DNA of 64,000 bases from Eledone cirrhosa (GCA_964016885.1 OZ024741.1:69812001-69876000), one strand, 5' to 3'; counted from the first letter of the stretch, positions 1-14,656 are shown. The notes: generated from the sequence alone by a model not told the origin. Translations and numbers: made by a program.

Positions 1-209
1 AGGGAAAGAGAATAGAGAGAGAGAGATAGAGAGAGGGAGAGAGAGAGACAGAGAGAGGAAAGAGAGAGAGAGAGAGGGACATTGGGTGTTGTGGAAACAG
101 GAGCCAACACGTCTTTAACTGACGTGCACACTAATAGTAATAATATAAAAAAGGTCTATACTACCTTCATTAGCTGTGTATTTGTTTATATACAAATAAG
201 ATCACTCAC

Positions 210-294
210 TCCTTTCTGTCCACGGCTTATCCTCACTAGCACTAAACTGACAACCATTTCAGGGCAGCTGTTAAATATCTCCACAGCTGTTCTA
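210..294 (-). CDS. Candidate exon G (85 nt)
   Basis: cctttcacttgttcctag|T..GGA|gtgagt; RTAVEIFNSCPEMVVSLVLVRISRGQKG. Confidence 0.3.
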
Positions 295-429
295 CTAGGA
301 ACAAGTGAAAGGCATCACTGAACGATGCTGGAACATAATTTTCTCTTCGTGTTTGGATCATTTCAACACTTCAGCTAAACACGAAGAAACGAGTTTAACC
401 ACACTATATGCACCACTGTGTTTACGCAG

Positions 430-884
430 ACACACACACACTGACACTGACACACACACACACATACATACACACACACATACATACACACACATACATA
501 CATACACTGACACACACACACATAGATACATACATACACACATATATACACACACACACACTCACGCACACACACACACACACACTAACACACACACACA
601 TACATACACACATACATACACACATACATACACACATACATACACACATACATACACACATACATACACTGATACTGACACACACACATATAGATACATA
701 CATACACACATATATACACACACACACACGCACTCACGCACATACACACACACACACTAACACACACACATACATACATAGCCCTCTCAGATTTACTTGC
801 AAACTCTGACTGTCTGTCAGACTACCCCCCCCCCATTAAACCCACACACATACGTGCATAGGAACCCAAGACGCAGATTTGTAT

Positions 885-956
<72 letters not shown>

Positions 957-1260
957 TCACGCACACACACACGCACACACAGTCTTCACACATGCGTACA
1001 TATGTATCCACAACGCATATATGCATAAACACGTTTGCACACATACACACGCATGCTTGCACACGAATCCACAATGCATATTTCTATAAATGCGTTTGAA
1101 CACACACACACACATAAACACGCACACTTACATAATATATACACACACGCGTGTACACACGAATCCACAACTTATATTTACATAAGTGCGTTCTCACACA
1201 CACATGCATATACACATATACACAAACACACACATACTCACATATACACACACATACATA
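430..1260. repeat. (CA)n/(CATA)n microsatellite region
   Basis: Direct inspection. Confidence 0.95.
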
Positions 1261-2039
1261 TATTATATTTTATTTTGGCAGTATCGGTAGAGGGTCGGGC
1301 GCCATGCTTTGCCGCATAGTTACTTCCCTTTGCGATCTGAGGTCGAATCCCGCCGAGGTTGACTTTGACTTTCATCTTTGCGGGGTCGATAAAATAAAGT
1401 ACCAGTAATGTACTGACCTTGTGCCAAAAGTAGAAACAATTATATTTTATTAACCATAAGAAGAAAATAGGAGGAGGGGCAGCTGTAAGAATTTGCCAGG
1501 TTTCTCACATACAGTGGAACCTCGGTTCACGAATGCCTCTCATCACGAATAAATCTGTACAAATTTTCCGAACATAAAACGTCTCGATTGATGAACGGTG
1601 TCTCGAGTAACGAATACACAAGCCCACAACAACGGTTGTGGTTGTAGTGGTGGAGGAGATGGTGGTTGCGGTTGTGGTGGAGAATAAATAATGTGTTTAC
1701 TATGGGATTTGAGTAGAGAAACGTGTTTCATTCATTTTGAGCGAAGTCATTTTGGGCGAAGTCAATTTTAGCGAAGTCATTTTCAGCGTAATATATACAA
1801 TCGTACATTGTGGAGCGTTTTAGCAGGCTTCAGTAAGAATGTCGAGAAGAGATAAACAAATTCTTAGGGGGAAAATTGCCACGATAATATTCTCATCTAA
1901 GTTTGAGGTATGTTAATTAAGGAGCATTTGAATAGCACATGACTCATCACCTTCGCCATAACTAATAAACTCACTGATACAGGTGCAAGTATGACATTTT
2001 GGCAAGATTGTGGCCTGGTAAAATGTTTAGGCTAATCAT

Positions 2040-2370
2040 CTTCAGCCCTGGAAATTCCGTTGCTAGACATAAGCCTTCCCCGAGTTGTGCCATCTTTGCC
2101 GACCCTGAACTATTCGTGTCCAAAATTATTCAATTTTCTCGAGGTCGTCCCGCCACCTGGTCTTCTGGTGGCCTCGGTTTCTTGTGTGACCTCGTGGGAT
2201 TGAGAAGGTGACGAGGCTGGTCCATCTGTTGTCAGTCATTATGGCAATGTGTCCCACTCACTTCCATTTTGCTTTACTAATGATTTCTAGGATGTCGTGA
2301 ACTTTTGATTTTTCTCGGATCTATTCAGCGGTTTTTCGATCTCGCCATGTGATGTTAAACATGCACCACC
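2040..2370 (-). mobile_element. Degraded RTE (BovB-like) 3' end
   Basis: Minus translation IREKSKVHDILEIISKAKWK*VGHIA..DNRWT..RNRGHQKTRWRDDL. Confidence 0.7.
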
Positions 2371-2532
2371 GTGGTGGAGTGGGAATGATAACTGAAGATG
2401 ATGTAGGACATTTTAACAGAACCTGTTCCATCACCTTCGTTATAACTAATAAATTCACTGATACTTGAGCAGGTGTGACATTTTGGCAGGGTTTCAGCCA
2501 CTGTACTTTCTTCTTTAATATTTTAAATTTCC

Positions 2533-3370
2533 TAAAGGGCGGTGGATTGGAAGTATCGGTAGAGCGTCGGACAACATGCTTTGTGGCATATAGTTACGGC
2601 CCTTTATTTTAAGTTTTAAAGGGGTGGTGGATTGGAAGTATCGGTAGAGCGTCGGACAACATGCTTTGTGGCATATAGTTACGGCCCTTTATTTTAAGTT
2701 TTAAAGGGGTGGTGGATTGGAAGTATCGGTAGAGCGTCGGACAACATGCTTTGTGGCATATAGTTACGGCCCTTTATTTTAAGTTTTAAAGGGCTGGTGG
2801 GTTGGAAGTATCGGTAGAGCGTCGGACAACATGCTTTGTGGCATATAGTTACGGCCCTTTATTTTAAGTTTTAAAGGGGTGGTGGATTGGAAGTATCGGT
2901 AGAGCGTCGGACAACATGCTTTGTGGCATATAGTTACGGCCCTTTATTTTAAGTTTTAAAGGGGTGGTGGATTGGAAGTATCGGTAGAGCGTCGGACAAC
3001 ATGCTTTGTGGCATATAGTTACGGCCCTTTATTTTAAGTTTTAAAGGGGTGGTGGATTGGAAGTATCGGTAGAGCGTCGGACAACATGCTTTGTGGCATA
3101 TAGTTACGGCCCTTTATTTTAAGTTTTAAAGGGCTGGTGGGTTGGAAGTATCGGTAGAGCGTCGGACAACATGCTTTGTGGCATATAGTTACGGCCCTTT
3201 ATTTTAAGTTTTAAAGGGGTGGTGGATTGGATGTATCGGTAGAGCATTGGACAACATGCTTTGCGGAATATAGTTACAGCCCTTTATTTTAAGTTTTAAA
3301 GGGGTGGTGGATTGGAAGTATCGGTAGAGCATCGGACAACATGCTTTGCGGCATGTAGTTACAGCCCTGT
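2533..3370 (+). repeat. 85-bp tandem array (10 units) of the SINE family 1 head
   Basis: GGTGGATTGGAAGTATCGG recurs at 2541, 2626 ... 3306; the last unit continues into a full SINE. Confidence 0.95.
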
Positions 3371-3556
3371 ATGGTCTAAGTTCAAATCCCGTCGAGGTTA
3401 GCTTTGCCTTTCATCCTTACGGGATCAATAAAATAAAGTACCAGTAATCCACTGGGGTCAATTTAATCAACTTCTTTCCTCCCACCAGGCCTTGGGCCAA
3501 AATCAGAAACCATTATTTTATGGTTCCTCTGAATTGCCTCACAATCGAATTTGAAC

Positions 3557-3860
3557 GCGCGTGGTGTAGTGGGTAGGGTGTTTGACTCACGATCGTAAGG
3601 TCTGTTCGATTCCCGGCGGCGCGTCGTGTCCTTGAGCAAGACACTCTATTTCACGTTGCTCCCGTTCATTCAGCTAACAAAAAAATATTAGTTGTACCTG
3701 TAATTCAGAGAGCTAGCCTTTTCACATTCTGTGTTACGCTGAATCTCCCTGAGAACTATGTTAGACTTACACGTCTCTGTGGGATACTCACCCATTTGGA
3801 CACTAATTTTACAGGACAACTGGAACACTTGTAAGAAACGGTGGAGGTCGAACAACAATC
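3557..3860 (+). mobile_element. tRNA-derived SINE family 2 (relatives near 6903-6980, 29400-29550, 57923-58015, 62757-62840)
   Basis: TGGTGTAGTGG A box, GTTCGATTC B box, core TGTCCTTGAGCAAGACACT..TTTCAC. Confidence 0.8.
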
Positions 3861-3947
3861 AAATATATACCAGTATTAGTTGGGAATTAGGAGCTGAAGC
3901 TCTATATATACTTCAGAGTATATTTTTACAAGTGATGTTGGAATTCG

Positions 3948-5960
3948 GAGTATGGTAGCATGGTAGTATGTTAGTATAGTAGTATGGTAGTATGGTAGTA
4001 TGGTAGTATGGTAGTATGGTAGTATGGTTGTTTGCTGGTATGGTAGTATGGTAGTATGACAGTATAGTAGTATGATAGTATGGTAGTATGACAGTATAGT
4101 AGTATGATAGTATGGTAGTATGGTTGTTTGGTGGTATGGTAGTATGGTAGTAAGGTAGTATGGTAGTATGGTAATATGTTAGTATAGTAGTATGGTAGTA
4201 TGGTAGTATGGTAGTATAGTAGTATGGTACTATGGTAGTATAGTAGTATGGTAGTATAGTAGTATGGCAGTATGACAGTATGGTAGTATGACAGTATGGT
4301 AGTATGGTAGTATTGTAGTATGGTGGAATGGTAGTATGGTAGTATGGTAGTATGGTAGTATGGTAGTATTGTAGTATGGTGGAATGGTAGTATGGTAGTA
4401 TGCTAGTATGGTAGTATGGTAGTATAGTGGTATATTGGTATGACAGTATGGTGGAATGGTATGGTAGTATGGTAGTATGACAGTATGGTAGTATGACAGT
4501 ATGGTAGTATGGTAGTATGGTAGTATGACAGTATAGTAGTATGGTAGTATGGTAGTATGGTAGTATGACAGTATGATAGTATGGTAGTATGGTAGTATGA
4601 CAGTATAGTAGTATGGTAGTATGGTAGTATGACAGTATGGTAGTATGGTAGTATGGTAGTATGACAGTATTGTAGTATAGTGGTATGGTAGTATGACAGT
4701 ATTGTAGTATAGTGGTATGGTAGTATGACAGTATGGTAGTATGGTAGTATGGTGGTATTGTTATATGGTAGTATGGTAGTATGGTAGTATGACAGTATGG
4801 TAGCATGGTAGTATGGTGGTATGGTAGTATGGTAGTATGGTAGTATGGTAGTATGGCAGTATGGTAGTATGGTAGTATGGTAGTATGGTAGTATGGTAGT
4901 ATGACGGTATGCTAGTATGGAAGTATGGTAGTTTGCTAGTATGGTAGTATGGTAGTATGGTAGTATGGTAGTATGACAGCATGGTGGTATGGTAGTATGG
5001 TAGTATGACAGTATGACAGTATGCTAGTATGGAAGTATGGTAGTATGACAGTATGGTGGTATGGTAGCATGACAGTATGACAGTATGGTAGTATGGTAGT
5101 ATGGAAGTATGGTAGTATGACAGTATGGTGGTATGGTAGTATGGTAGTATGACAGTATGACAGTATGGTAGTATGGTAGTATGGAAGTATGGTAGTATGA
5201 CAGTATGGTGGTATGGTAGTATGGTAGTATGACAGTATGACAGTATGCTAGTATGGAAGTATGGTAGTATGACAGTATGGTGGTATGGTAGTATGGTAGT
5301 ATGACAGTATGACAGTATGCTAGTATGGAAGTATGATAGTATGACAGTATGGTGGTATGGTAGTATGACAGTATGGTGGTATGGTAGTATGGTAGTATGA
5401 CAGTATGGTAGTATGGTAGTATGGAAGTATGGTAGTATGACAGCATGGTGGTATGGTAGTATGGTAGTATGACAGTATGACAGTATGCTAGTATGGAAGT
5501 ATGGTAGTATGACAGTATGGTGGTATGGTAGTATGGTAGCATGACAGTATGACAGTATGGTAGTATGGTAGTATGGAAGTATGGTAGTATGACAGTATGG
5601 TAGTATGGTAGTATGGTAGCATGACAGTATGACAGTATGGTAGTATGGTAGTATGGAAGTATGGTAGTATGACAGTATGGTAGTATGGTAGTATGGTAGC
5701 ATGACAGTATGACAGTATGGTAGTATGGTAGTATGGAAGTATGGTAGTATGACAGTATGGTGGTATGGTAGTATGGTAGTATGACAGTATGACAGTATGC
5801 TAGTATGGAAGTATGATAGTATGACAGTATGGTGGTATGGTAATATGGCAGTATGGTGGTATGGTAGTATGGTAGTATGGTAGTATGACAGTATGACAGT
5901 ATGCTAGTATGGAAGTATGATAGTATGACAGTATGGAAGTATGGTAGTATGACAGTATGG
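3948..5960. repeat. 8-bp satellite (AGTATGGT)n with variants, ~2 kb
   Basis: Direct inspection; source of the YYHTTILP ORFs. Confidence 0.97.
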
Positions 5961-6017
5961 CAACATTTCCATGGACTGAGATTTTGCAGTAGCATAAGAA
6001 ACGTTAGGCTGTGATAT

Positions 6018-6130
6018 GAAAGAAGAAGAAGAAGAAGAAGAAGAAGAAGAAGAAGAAGAAGAAGAAGAAGAAGAAGAAGAAGAAGAAGAAGAAGAAGAAG
6101 AAGAAGAAGAAGAAGAAGAAGAAGAAGAAG
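6018..6130. repeat. (GAA)n microsatellite
   Basis: Pure tract. Confidence 0.98.
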
Positions 6131-7059
6131 GGACTAACACACTACTCCGTGACTTATTGTTGTTTCTTAGGAATCTCCAGTAAAAAAAACCAAACATTTT
6201 TACGGATTTTATACGTAATAAAATTCCTTGCATCTCGACCAATAATCTCTCTCTGTCTCTTACACACACTGTCACCCCTCTCTCTCTCTCTCTCTCATAT
6301 ATATATCTAAACCGTTTAACACTATTAGTAGTAAATCGGATATGTTGTTGGAAAATATAGGACCATTCTATGAACACAGACACGTTTGCACATACCCCCC
6401 CCCCCCCCCACATACATATATCCAGTCAGATTATTGATACAGTTTCGGCAATATATATATATATACCCGAGGTTAGCGAACATCGTTGTATTTTCCTTAT
6501 TTAAATAAGAACTTAGCAGGCGCCGTCACAAGTAAGGAGAAACCTTCCCTTTGCATACTAGTTCTTCAACCGAAAGTAAAGAGTCTATTTTATCTCATCT
6601 ATTTTCAGAGTCTTCGTGAGGAAGAATTTTACAAAGGCGAAACAAAACGGGGTATTAGAGATGAGTGGTAGGGGTGGTAGCTTAAGCTCTTCCCCAAATT
6701 TAAGGGGGCTGCGAGATCTTTTGTGAGTGAGGGCGTATGATATTTACAAGCTTTCCGAACCCCAGATCTATATGTTGGCTGTACTCCATTCCCCTTCCAT
6801 ACCCCTTATAAGTCTTGTTTGCCGCCCATGGAAAAGGTGTCACAGCTCCTACCTTACCTTTATTATCCCATAAATTACACAATCTGTTTGTTCCTATCAC
6901 ACACGGTCTTGTGGTTAAAAATGTCGCTTCGAAACCACGTGATTGTGAGTTGGATCCGTCGCTGCTTGGAACACTCAGTATCTTGTTTAATGTCTTGTTA
7001 AAAATTGGATACATAAAAACAAATCCAAACAACGAGTAAAGTAACAAATATATATATGT

Positions 7060-7965
7060 TTTCATATATATCTGATTCCATATATATATGATTTCATATA
7101 TATATATATACACACACACGCACACACACACACATATATATATATGATTCCATATATATATGATTCCATATATATATATGATTTCATATATATATGATTT
7201 CATATATATATGATTTCATATATATATGGAATCATATATATATGGAATCATATATATATGGCATCATATATATATGGAATCATATATATATGGAATCATA
7301 TATATATGATTCCATATATATATGATGCCATATATATATGATTCCATATATATATGATTCCATATATATATGATTCCATATATATATGGAATCATATATA
7401 TATGATTCCATATATATATGGAATCATATATATATGATTCCATATATATATGATTCCATATATATATGATTCCATATATATATGGAATCATATATATATG
7501 ATTCCATATATATATGATTCCATATATATATGGAATCATATATATATATGATTCCATATATATATGGAATCATATATATATGATTCCATATATATATGGA
7601 ATCATATATATATGATTCCATATATATATGATTCTATATATATATGATTCCATATATATATGATTCCATATATATATGATTCCATATATATATGATTCCA
7701 TATATATATGGAATCATATATATATGATTCCATATATATATGGAATCATATATATATGATTCCATATATATATGATTCCATATATATATGATTCCATATA
7801 TATATGGAATCATATATATATATGATTCCATATATATATGGAATCATATATATATGATTCCATATATATATGGAATCATATATATATGATTCCATATATA
7901 TATGATTCCATATATATATGATTCCATATATATATGATTCCATATATATATGATTCCATATATAA
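7060..7965. repeat. ~16-bp (TA)n-GATTCC satellite with units in both orientations
   Basis: TGATTCCA and its reverse complement TGGAATCA interleaved between TA runs. Confidence 0.95.
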
Positions 7966-9142
7966 ATATGAAATTTGAAACGTTGAAATCCAAACACAAC
8001 GTTAGAAAATCGTGTAAAATACTGACAGGGATAGAAAACAAGTGGTCAGTACTCATTACAAACTATTTTTTAAATTCTGGCCAAGCGCCAAATGGCAGTT
8101 GACATTTTCCGTCCAAGTTAGGAACTATATATAATAGCCTTAGTGGCTAGAACCGGAAGTAAGCAAATATTTCTGTCTCTAAGAGTATTTTACCCGATGT
8201 TCTAACGCTATAATCATTGTAGTGATTCCTTGTTTGGCATTGTACCTAAAGTAGAAACAATTTTTAGTATTATTCCTATATAGGGCGGTGGATTGGCAAT
8301 ATCGGTAGAGGGTCGGACACCATGCTTTGCAGCAAGGAGTTATGACCCTTTGTGGTCTGAGTTCAAATCCCGCCGAGGTTAACTTTGCCTTTCATCCTTA
8401 CGGGGCCGATAAAATAAAGTACCAGTAATGTCCTGGGATAATTGCTGGCCTTGTGCCAAAAGCAGAAACAATTATTATTCCTAGATTCTAGGGTTACCTT
8501 ATCTTTCCAGTGCCCTTTCCTTATTGGTTTGAAGAAGATTTAGGTACTATTTCTAGCATGCCAGTTGAGCACATAAGTGCTTCCTCATTAGCTTGGTTTC
8601 TCTCAACTGATTTAGTAGCTGCTGTAGTTGTTGTTGTGGGATTGGCAGTATCGGTAGAAGGACGGACGCCATACTTTGCAGCATAGAGTTACGCCCCTTT
8701 ATAGTCTGAGTTGAAATCCCGCCGAGGTTCACTTTGCCTTTCATCCTTACGAGGTCGATAAAATAAAGTACCAGTAATGTCCTGGGATAATTGCTGGCCC
8801 TGTGCCAATAGTAGAAACAATTATTATTATTTGTTCACGCTTTTTTTTATCACCAATACGAGACTAAGAAATAAAATTAAAACATGATCATACTAACATA
8901 TTTAGAAATAATAGAAAATCAGTGTAGTAAAAACCAAAGCACGAGTATATTGAAACAAATTATTGGAGGTGCTTAAGCTCCCAATGCCCCTTATCGTCGG
9001 AATATTTGTAAATTGTACGATAAATAAATATGATAAATAAATATAAAATGAATAGAAATAAAAGAATAAATAAAGGGGTTAGAAGCAACCACCAAGGTGA
9101 GATCAAGGAAACCAATGATTCTGATTCCATGATGTTACTTAC

Positions 9143-9219
9143 ATGTACACACAAATTGCTGCAATTGATTGTTTCCTATTTCCTGGCAAAGTAGACTGAT
9201 TGATTTAATTTCTCGATAC
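9143..9219 (-). CDS. Candidate exon F (77 nt, phase 2-1)
   Basis: ctgacatag|G..CAT|gtaagt; only open frame (R)YREIKSISLLCQEIGNNQLQQFVCT, phase-compatible with exon E. Confidence 0.45.
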
Positions 9220-10691
9220 CTATGTCAGTTTTTAAAGCAAAGAAGGTGCAAATATGGTAACGAATTGGTTAAAACAAAATCAAATTTGACAGGCCGTAAA
9301 TGTTCACTCGAATCGCCTACTGTTACAAAAATCTACAACCAATTAAAAAGCCTGTTTTTACAATAGTGAATGCAGTATGGACAGAATAGTTGAGAAGTTG
9401 GTTAGCACGGCATCTGTGGTAAATGTCATTTACCAAAGCCACGGTTTAACCAAGTTAACTACTATCTATACATCAATACACATTTACTAATACTGATTTC
9501 TACTTTAGACACAACGCCAGCAAATTTGGAGGAAAGGTAAAGTTGATTAAATCAACCCCAATACATGACTGGTACTTTATTTTACCAATCTCGGAAGGAT
9601 GAAAGGCAAAGTTAACCTCAGCGAGATTTGAACCCAGAACGTAAAGGACCATAACTCTATGCTGCAAAGCACGGTGTCCGACGCTCTACTGATACTGCCA
9701 ATCCACCACCACCTAATAATAATTGTTTCTACTTCAGGCAGAAGGCCAACAATTTTGGGGGAGGGGAAAGTCGATTAAATCGACCCCAGTGCATGACTGG
9801 TACTTTATTTTATCGACCCCGAATGAAAGGCAAAGCTAACCTTGGCGGGATTTGTGCTCAGAACGTAAAGGGCCGTAACTCTCCGCTGCAAAGCAGGGTG
9901 TCCGGCGCTCTACCGATTCTGCCTACTAATAATAAGAGTACATTGTCTCACCGACTTGAAGAAATTCTGATCAACAGTCTCTTTCCACACTCACTCCAAA
10001 TTCAGTCGACATTCAATCCACACTCACTTCACACACACACTCCCAACTCACTTCACAGTCACTCGACTTTCACTCCACACACACACTCTAAACTCACTTC
10101 ACAGTCACTCGACATTTACACCACACTAACTCCAAACTCACTCGACATTCACTCTACACTCACTCAATACTCACTCGACATTCACTCCACACTCACTCCA
10201 CTCTCACTCTACACCCATTCGACATTCACTCTACACTCACTCAATACTCACTCCACTCTGACTCGACCGTCACTCCAAACTCACTCGAGTGTCACTCGAC
10301 ATTCACTCTTTAACCCCCGTGCTGTATCACAATAGATTATGTATATATTTAGCAAATAATACATTTTTGAAAATATTTATTTGCATAAAGTGCGGACTTG
10401 CCGGGCTGGTATTAGATTGGCAGAGTCATTAGAGCATAGGGTAACATGCTTTGTGGCATGGAGTTATGGCCCTTAATGTTCTGAGTCTAAATTCTGCCGA
10501 GGTTAGTTCTGGCTTTCATCCTTACGGGGTCGATAAAATAACGAACTGGGGTCGATTTAATTGATTTTTCCCTCCTCCAAAATTGCTGGCCTTGTGCCTA
10601 AATGATAAACTATTAATTAGAAATACCACTAGCACAGCGTGATTCAGGATAGAGATGTTTATGAAAAAATATACAATATGTTTATATATAA

Positions 10692-11463
10692 CTAGCAGTA
10701 AAGCCCGGCGTTGCTCGGGGTCGCTCAGTAGCTGTGTTAAAGTTACAATGTTAAGTTTCTTTATTGGCTTAAAAACTGTAGTGTCTACTGTGCAGACTTG
10801 CATGTGGTGTTTTTGATTAATATTCCCCCAACCAACAATATGCCTTATGAAGTTAAGAAAACATAACGATAACCCGAATGTTATAACAAAAGAGGATGCT
10901 GGGGATAAAAACTGCACTGGTTATTTATTAACAAAGATCGAAAATGTAAACACTGCAACGCAGAGAAAAACATTAGCGTAACCAAATTATCAGTTATGTC
11001 TGTCTGCACGCCTATATCACCTCTCTGCACGACTATCTCTGCACGCCTGAAATATTTGCTTGTTTTACGTAGTCTTTAAATAGACTTGTTTTCAAGTAAA
11101 AATATTGTTTTAAAATGCTTTTAAATGGAAATGAAGCAAAACGGAAGCTTAGTGTTCGAATGTTCGTGTATTGTGTTAATGTCATTTTAAACGCTGAGAA
11201 AGCCAGCGTAATTTTTTACGCAAGACGCTCAATGTAAACAGAACAAAGGGAAATAACTGATAACTTACGCTCAAAAATCGATACATTATATTCGATTTCG
11301 TCACATAGGGCGGGTCAATTTGAAATTTTTTTTTTCCGATGTCTTCGCTAGGGCTCAATGTACAAGTATAGCAATTTCGGTGCAATTCCGTGAGAGATTC
11401 TAAGAGGAGATGTGTGCCAAAAATCGATAGACAGACAGACAACCACAGTTTTATATATATAGA
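10692..11463 (-). mobile_element. Non-autonomous Helitron (~770 bp)
   Basis: Minus strand starts A|TCTATATATATAAAA..(TGTC)n and ends with hairpin CCCGAGCAACGCCGGG then CTAG|T; no TSD. Confidence 0.85.
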
Positions 11464-11674
11464 TATACCTACATAAGTCACGTTGTAAAAAATACATTGC
11501 GTCTGCATCTTGAGCGGTCAATTGGTTTCCCCGCTCGCGTTATTGAAACAAATCGCGTATGTTCAAGACCCTTATATGAAAGTATACAAGCAGAAAAAAG
11601 AGAATGTTAGCAGTAAGGGATAGAGTAATGCGGCATCGTGCAGAACAGGACGTTAAGAATTTAAGAACTTCTTG

Positions 11675-11707
<33 letters not shown>

Positions 11708-11927
11708 CCGACCGCGTATGTTAAAACCGCACTGTTTAAAACTACGCAAGATGTTTTGCATTACACTATCTTCTCTTTAAGTTTTATGTACTGGGCGTTA
11801 ATTAAATTGACTACACCTCTCCAGTATATATGTGTTTGCCTGTGTTTAGAAATTAAAACAGGCCTTCTTAAAATAGAAAAACCACACTCACGACATTTGC
11901 TCTCTGCTATGACGGATTATACGAAAT

Positions 11928-12013
11928 ATACAGGGTGGTGGCCCCCAAAATGTATACACATATTTATTAGAATGCTGTTGAAGTATGTATACATTTTTTT
12001 GGAACACCCTGTA
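11928..12013. mobile_element. Tiny mariner-like MITE
   Basis: TACAGGGTG..AAAATGTATAC / GTATACATTTT..CACCCTGTA. Confidence 0.7.
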
Positions 12014-12444
12014 TATATTGTTCGGTTGGTGGCCACGCCCAAACATTTAGTAGTAGTATTACGTATGTATTTTCCAGTTTTAGAATAGTCGACGTTGTAT
12101 ACGAGATAATACGTATATTCTTAGTCGGTTAAGATTAAGCCAGTGTTTTAATCTATGGTCTGACGAACGTATGGCTGTCAGGAGTTAAAATATTCCTTTG
12201 GGAAACGCGTTAGTCCAGGTTCAATCCCACAACACGGCATCATGGATATGTGCTTTTTAACAAAGCTTTAAGTAGATTAATATCTTGTGAGTGGAAATGT
12301 GGTTCGGTAAACGGAAATTATGCGGAACACTGCTTCATACATACATACATACATATATACATATATGCATACATACATATATACATGCATGCACACACAC
12401 ACGCACACACACACACACACACACAATTATATATATATATATAT

Positions 12445-12640
12445 ATAAATGGCTTCTACAGGACTAGAACTGTTTCATTCGGGAGAAATCATCAGGAAGC
12501 CCTAATGATTTCTCCCGAATGAAACAGTTCTGGTCCTGTAGAAGCCATTTCTATATTAAATATTTATACTCTACTATGTATTGACTACCTTACTTACTGT
12601 GGTTACCCGCGATTGAACCCAGGATAAACATAGCTATAAT
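12445..12640. mobile_element. Small fold-back insert with hammerhead 12451-12501(-) and mutated mirror copy; relative at 14680-14792
   Basis: Minus ggcttc-CTGATGA-tttc[tccc]gaat-GAAA-cag[ttctagtc]ctg-TA-gaagcc; the plus copy has CTAATGA. Confidence 0.8.
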
Positions 12641-12657
12641 CTATATATCTATATATC

Positions 12658-12736
<79 letters not shown>

Positions 12737-12741
12737 GTTTA

Positions 12742-12790
<49 letters not shown>

Positions 12791-12795
12791 GTTTA

Positions 12796-12868
<73 letters not shown>

Positions 12869-13226
12869 TTCTTTATTTATATATATATATAAATAAAGAA
12901 AGAAAGATATCTATATATATATATCTATATATATATATATATATATATGTCTAAACCCATGCTAGCGTGGAAGATAGACGTTAAACGATGATGATGATGA
13001 TGATGATGATATATATATATTTGGCAGTAGCACTAAGATAGCGTTAGGCATAATAGGGGTGTGTATACGAAGTCGTATACTATATGTTTATGTAAAATAA
13101 ACATATGGGAGCCTTGTTATCATAGAAAAAAAAATTCCTTACGAAAAAAATATTTTTCTCTCTTTTGTTCTGTGAATACGTTACAGAATGTCAGTAGCAG
13201 TCGAGAATGCCAGACAACACCGACTT

Positions 13227-13288
<62 letters not shown>

Positions 13289-13942
13289 ACATATATATAT
13301 GTAAAAGGTAAACAGAAATAACAACACAATCGGTACAGTATATGGAAGGAATATATTAGTTTAACACTTGAAAAAGCAGGAAGAGGGTCTTAACGTTTCG
13401 GACGCTAGTCCTTCACCAGAATAAAGAATGGGAAATTAGAAAGATTGAGGGACGAGCATAATCGGAAAAAAGTCCATTCATGTTTTCATATCTTGGAAAA
13501 CTGTTGATGCTGTCATTTCGTGTATTTACTATGAATTACCTCATTCAGGGCCCAATGGACTTCATAACTAGCACAAGGCCCCATTTTCCTAAATCCAGCA
13601 CTGATGCGAAAATATATTCGCCACAATGCTATAATGATATGTGATGACTACAGATAATAGTAGAAAAAAAATAGACGGATAAAAGTGGTCAGACACACCA
13701 ACGTTGAATTGAACCTAGCACCTATCGTATGTTAAGCGAGAGCGTTTAACCATTACGCCAAGGAGTCCGTGATTGTAAATTTTTCTATTTTTAGGGGATT
13801 TTAACACGTAGCTAGTGTAAACAAGGCTGGTTGCCTTTTGAAGTATTAGGAAATTTAAAAGCTTTGAAATTTCTCAAGTCTAATACTGATCGATATCTTT
13901 TTATCGAACCGCTAAGTTATGGGACAGGCAAATATTAAAGAT

Positions 13943-13984
<42 letters not shown>

Positions 13985-13987
<3 letters not shown>

Positions 13988-14567
13988 GTATTAAGGATAC
14001 TATTTATGGTTATGTATATACTAAAACTTTTATAGTTATTTAAATTCAAAAATTAAAATCATATTAAAACAAAATTAAAGTTAAAATACAACATTATGCA
14101 GTTTACGTAGATAATGCAAGAGGATAGTTTGTTAGTCAGTTGTAGTAGTTATTGCATGCAATAGTTACACGTGGGGCATGCACGTGTGTCTTATTTATAA
14201 GATTTATAATCATATATAAATAAGACACACGTGCATGCCCCACGTGTAACTATTGCATGCACTAACTACTACAACTGACTAACAAACTATCTTCTTGCAT
14301 TATCTACGTAAACTGCCAATGTTGTATTTTAACTTTAATTTTGTTTTAATATGATTTTAATTTTTGAATTTAAATTGCCATGCAAAAATAATATAATGGA
14401 TGTCACCCCACTGTGCATCAATATATACATATGTATCTGTATGTCTCTTGTGTTAGAAAGGAGGTCATGTATGTAAACAAACATTGAAAAATTGCTCCGA
14501 AGAATCCAAACCTCGGTTTGGATGAAACAATTGTAAGCTAATAAATGGTTTGAACAGAACTTTGATT

Positions 14568-14575
<8 letters not shown>
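13985..14575. mobile_element. Fold-back element related to 22346-24177 (160-bp arms) with hammerhead 14494-14538(+)
   Basis: Arms 14038-14198 / 14215-14375; gct-CCGAAGA-atccaaac[ctcg]gtttggat-GAAA-caattg-TA-agc. Confidence 0.85.

Positions 14576-14656
<81 letters not shown>

Noticed and set aside
210-374. Longer exon G with two in-frame UGA next to Cys (possible selenoprotein)
   Set aside because: An internal acceptor at 295 removes both UGAs, and no SECIS can be assessed in this window.
2533-3370. CRISPR-like array
   Set aside because: No unique spacers; SINE-derived tandem repeat in eukaryotic DNA.
3557-3625. tRNA genes (also ~13700-13770, 45060-45115, 57923-57990)
   Set aside because: A/B boxes are present but there is no complete cloverleaf; they appear to be SINE heads.
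3913-5995. YYHTTILP repeat ORFs
   Set aside because: Translation of an 8-bp satellite that shifts between frames.
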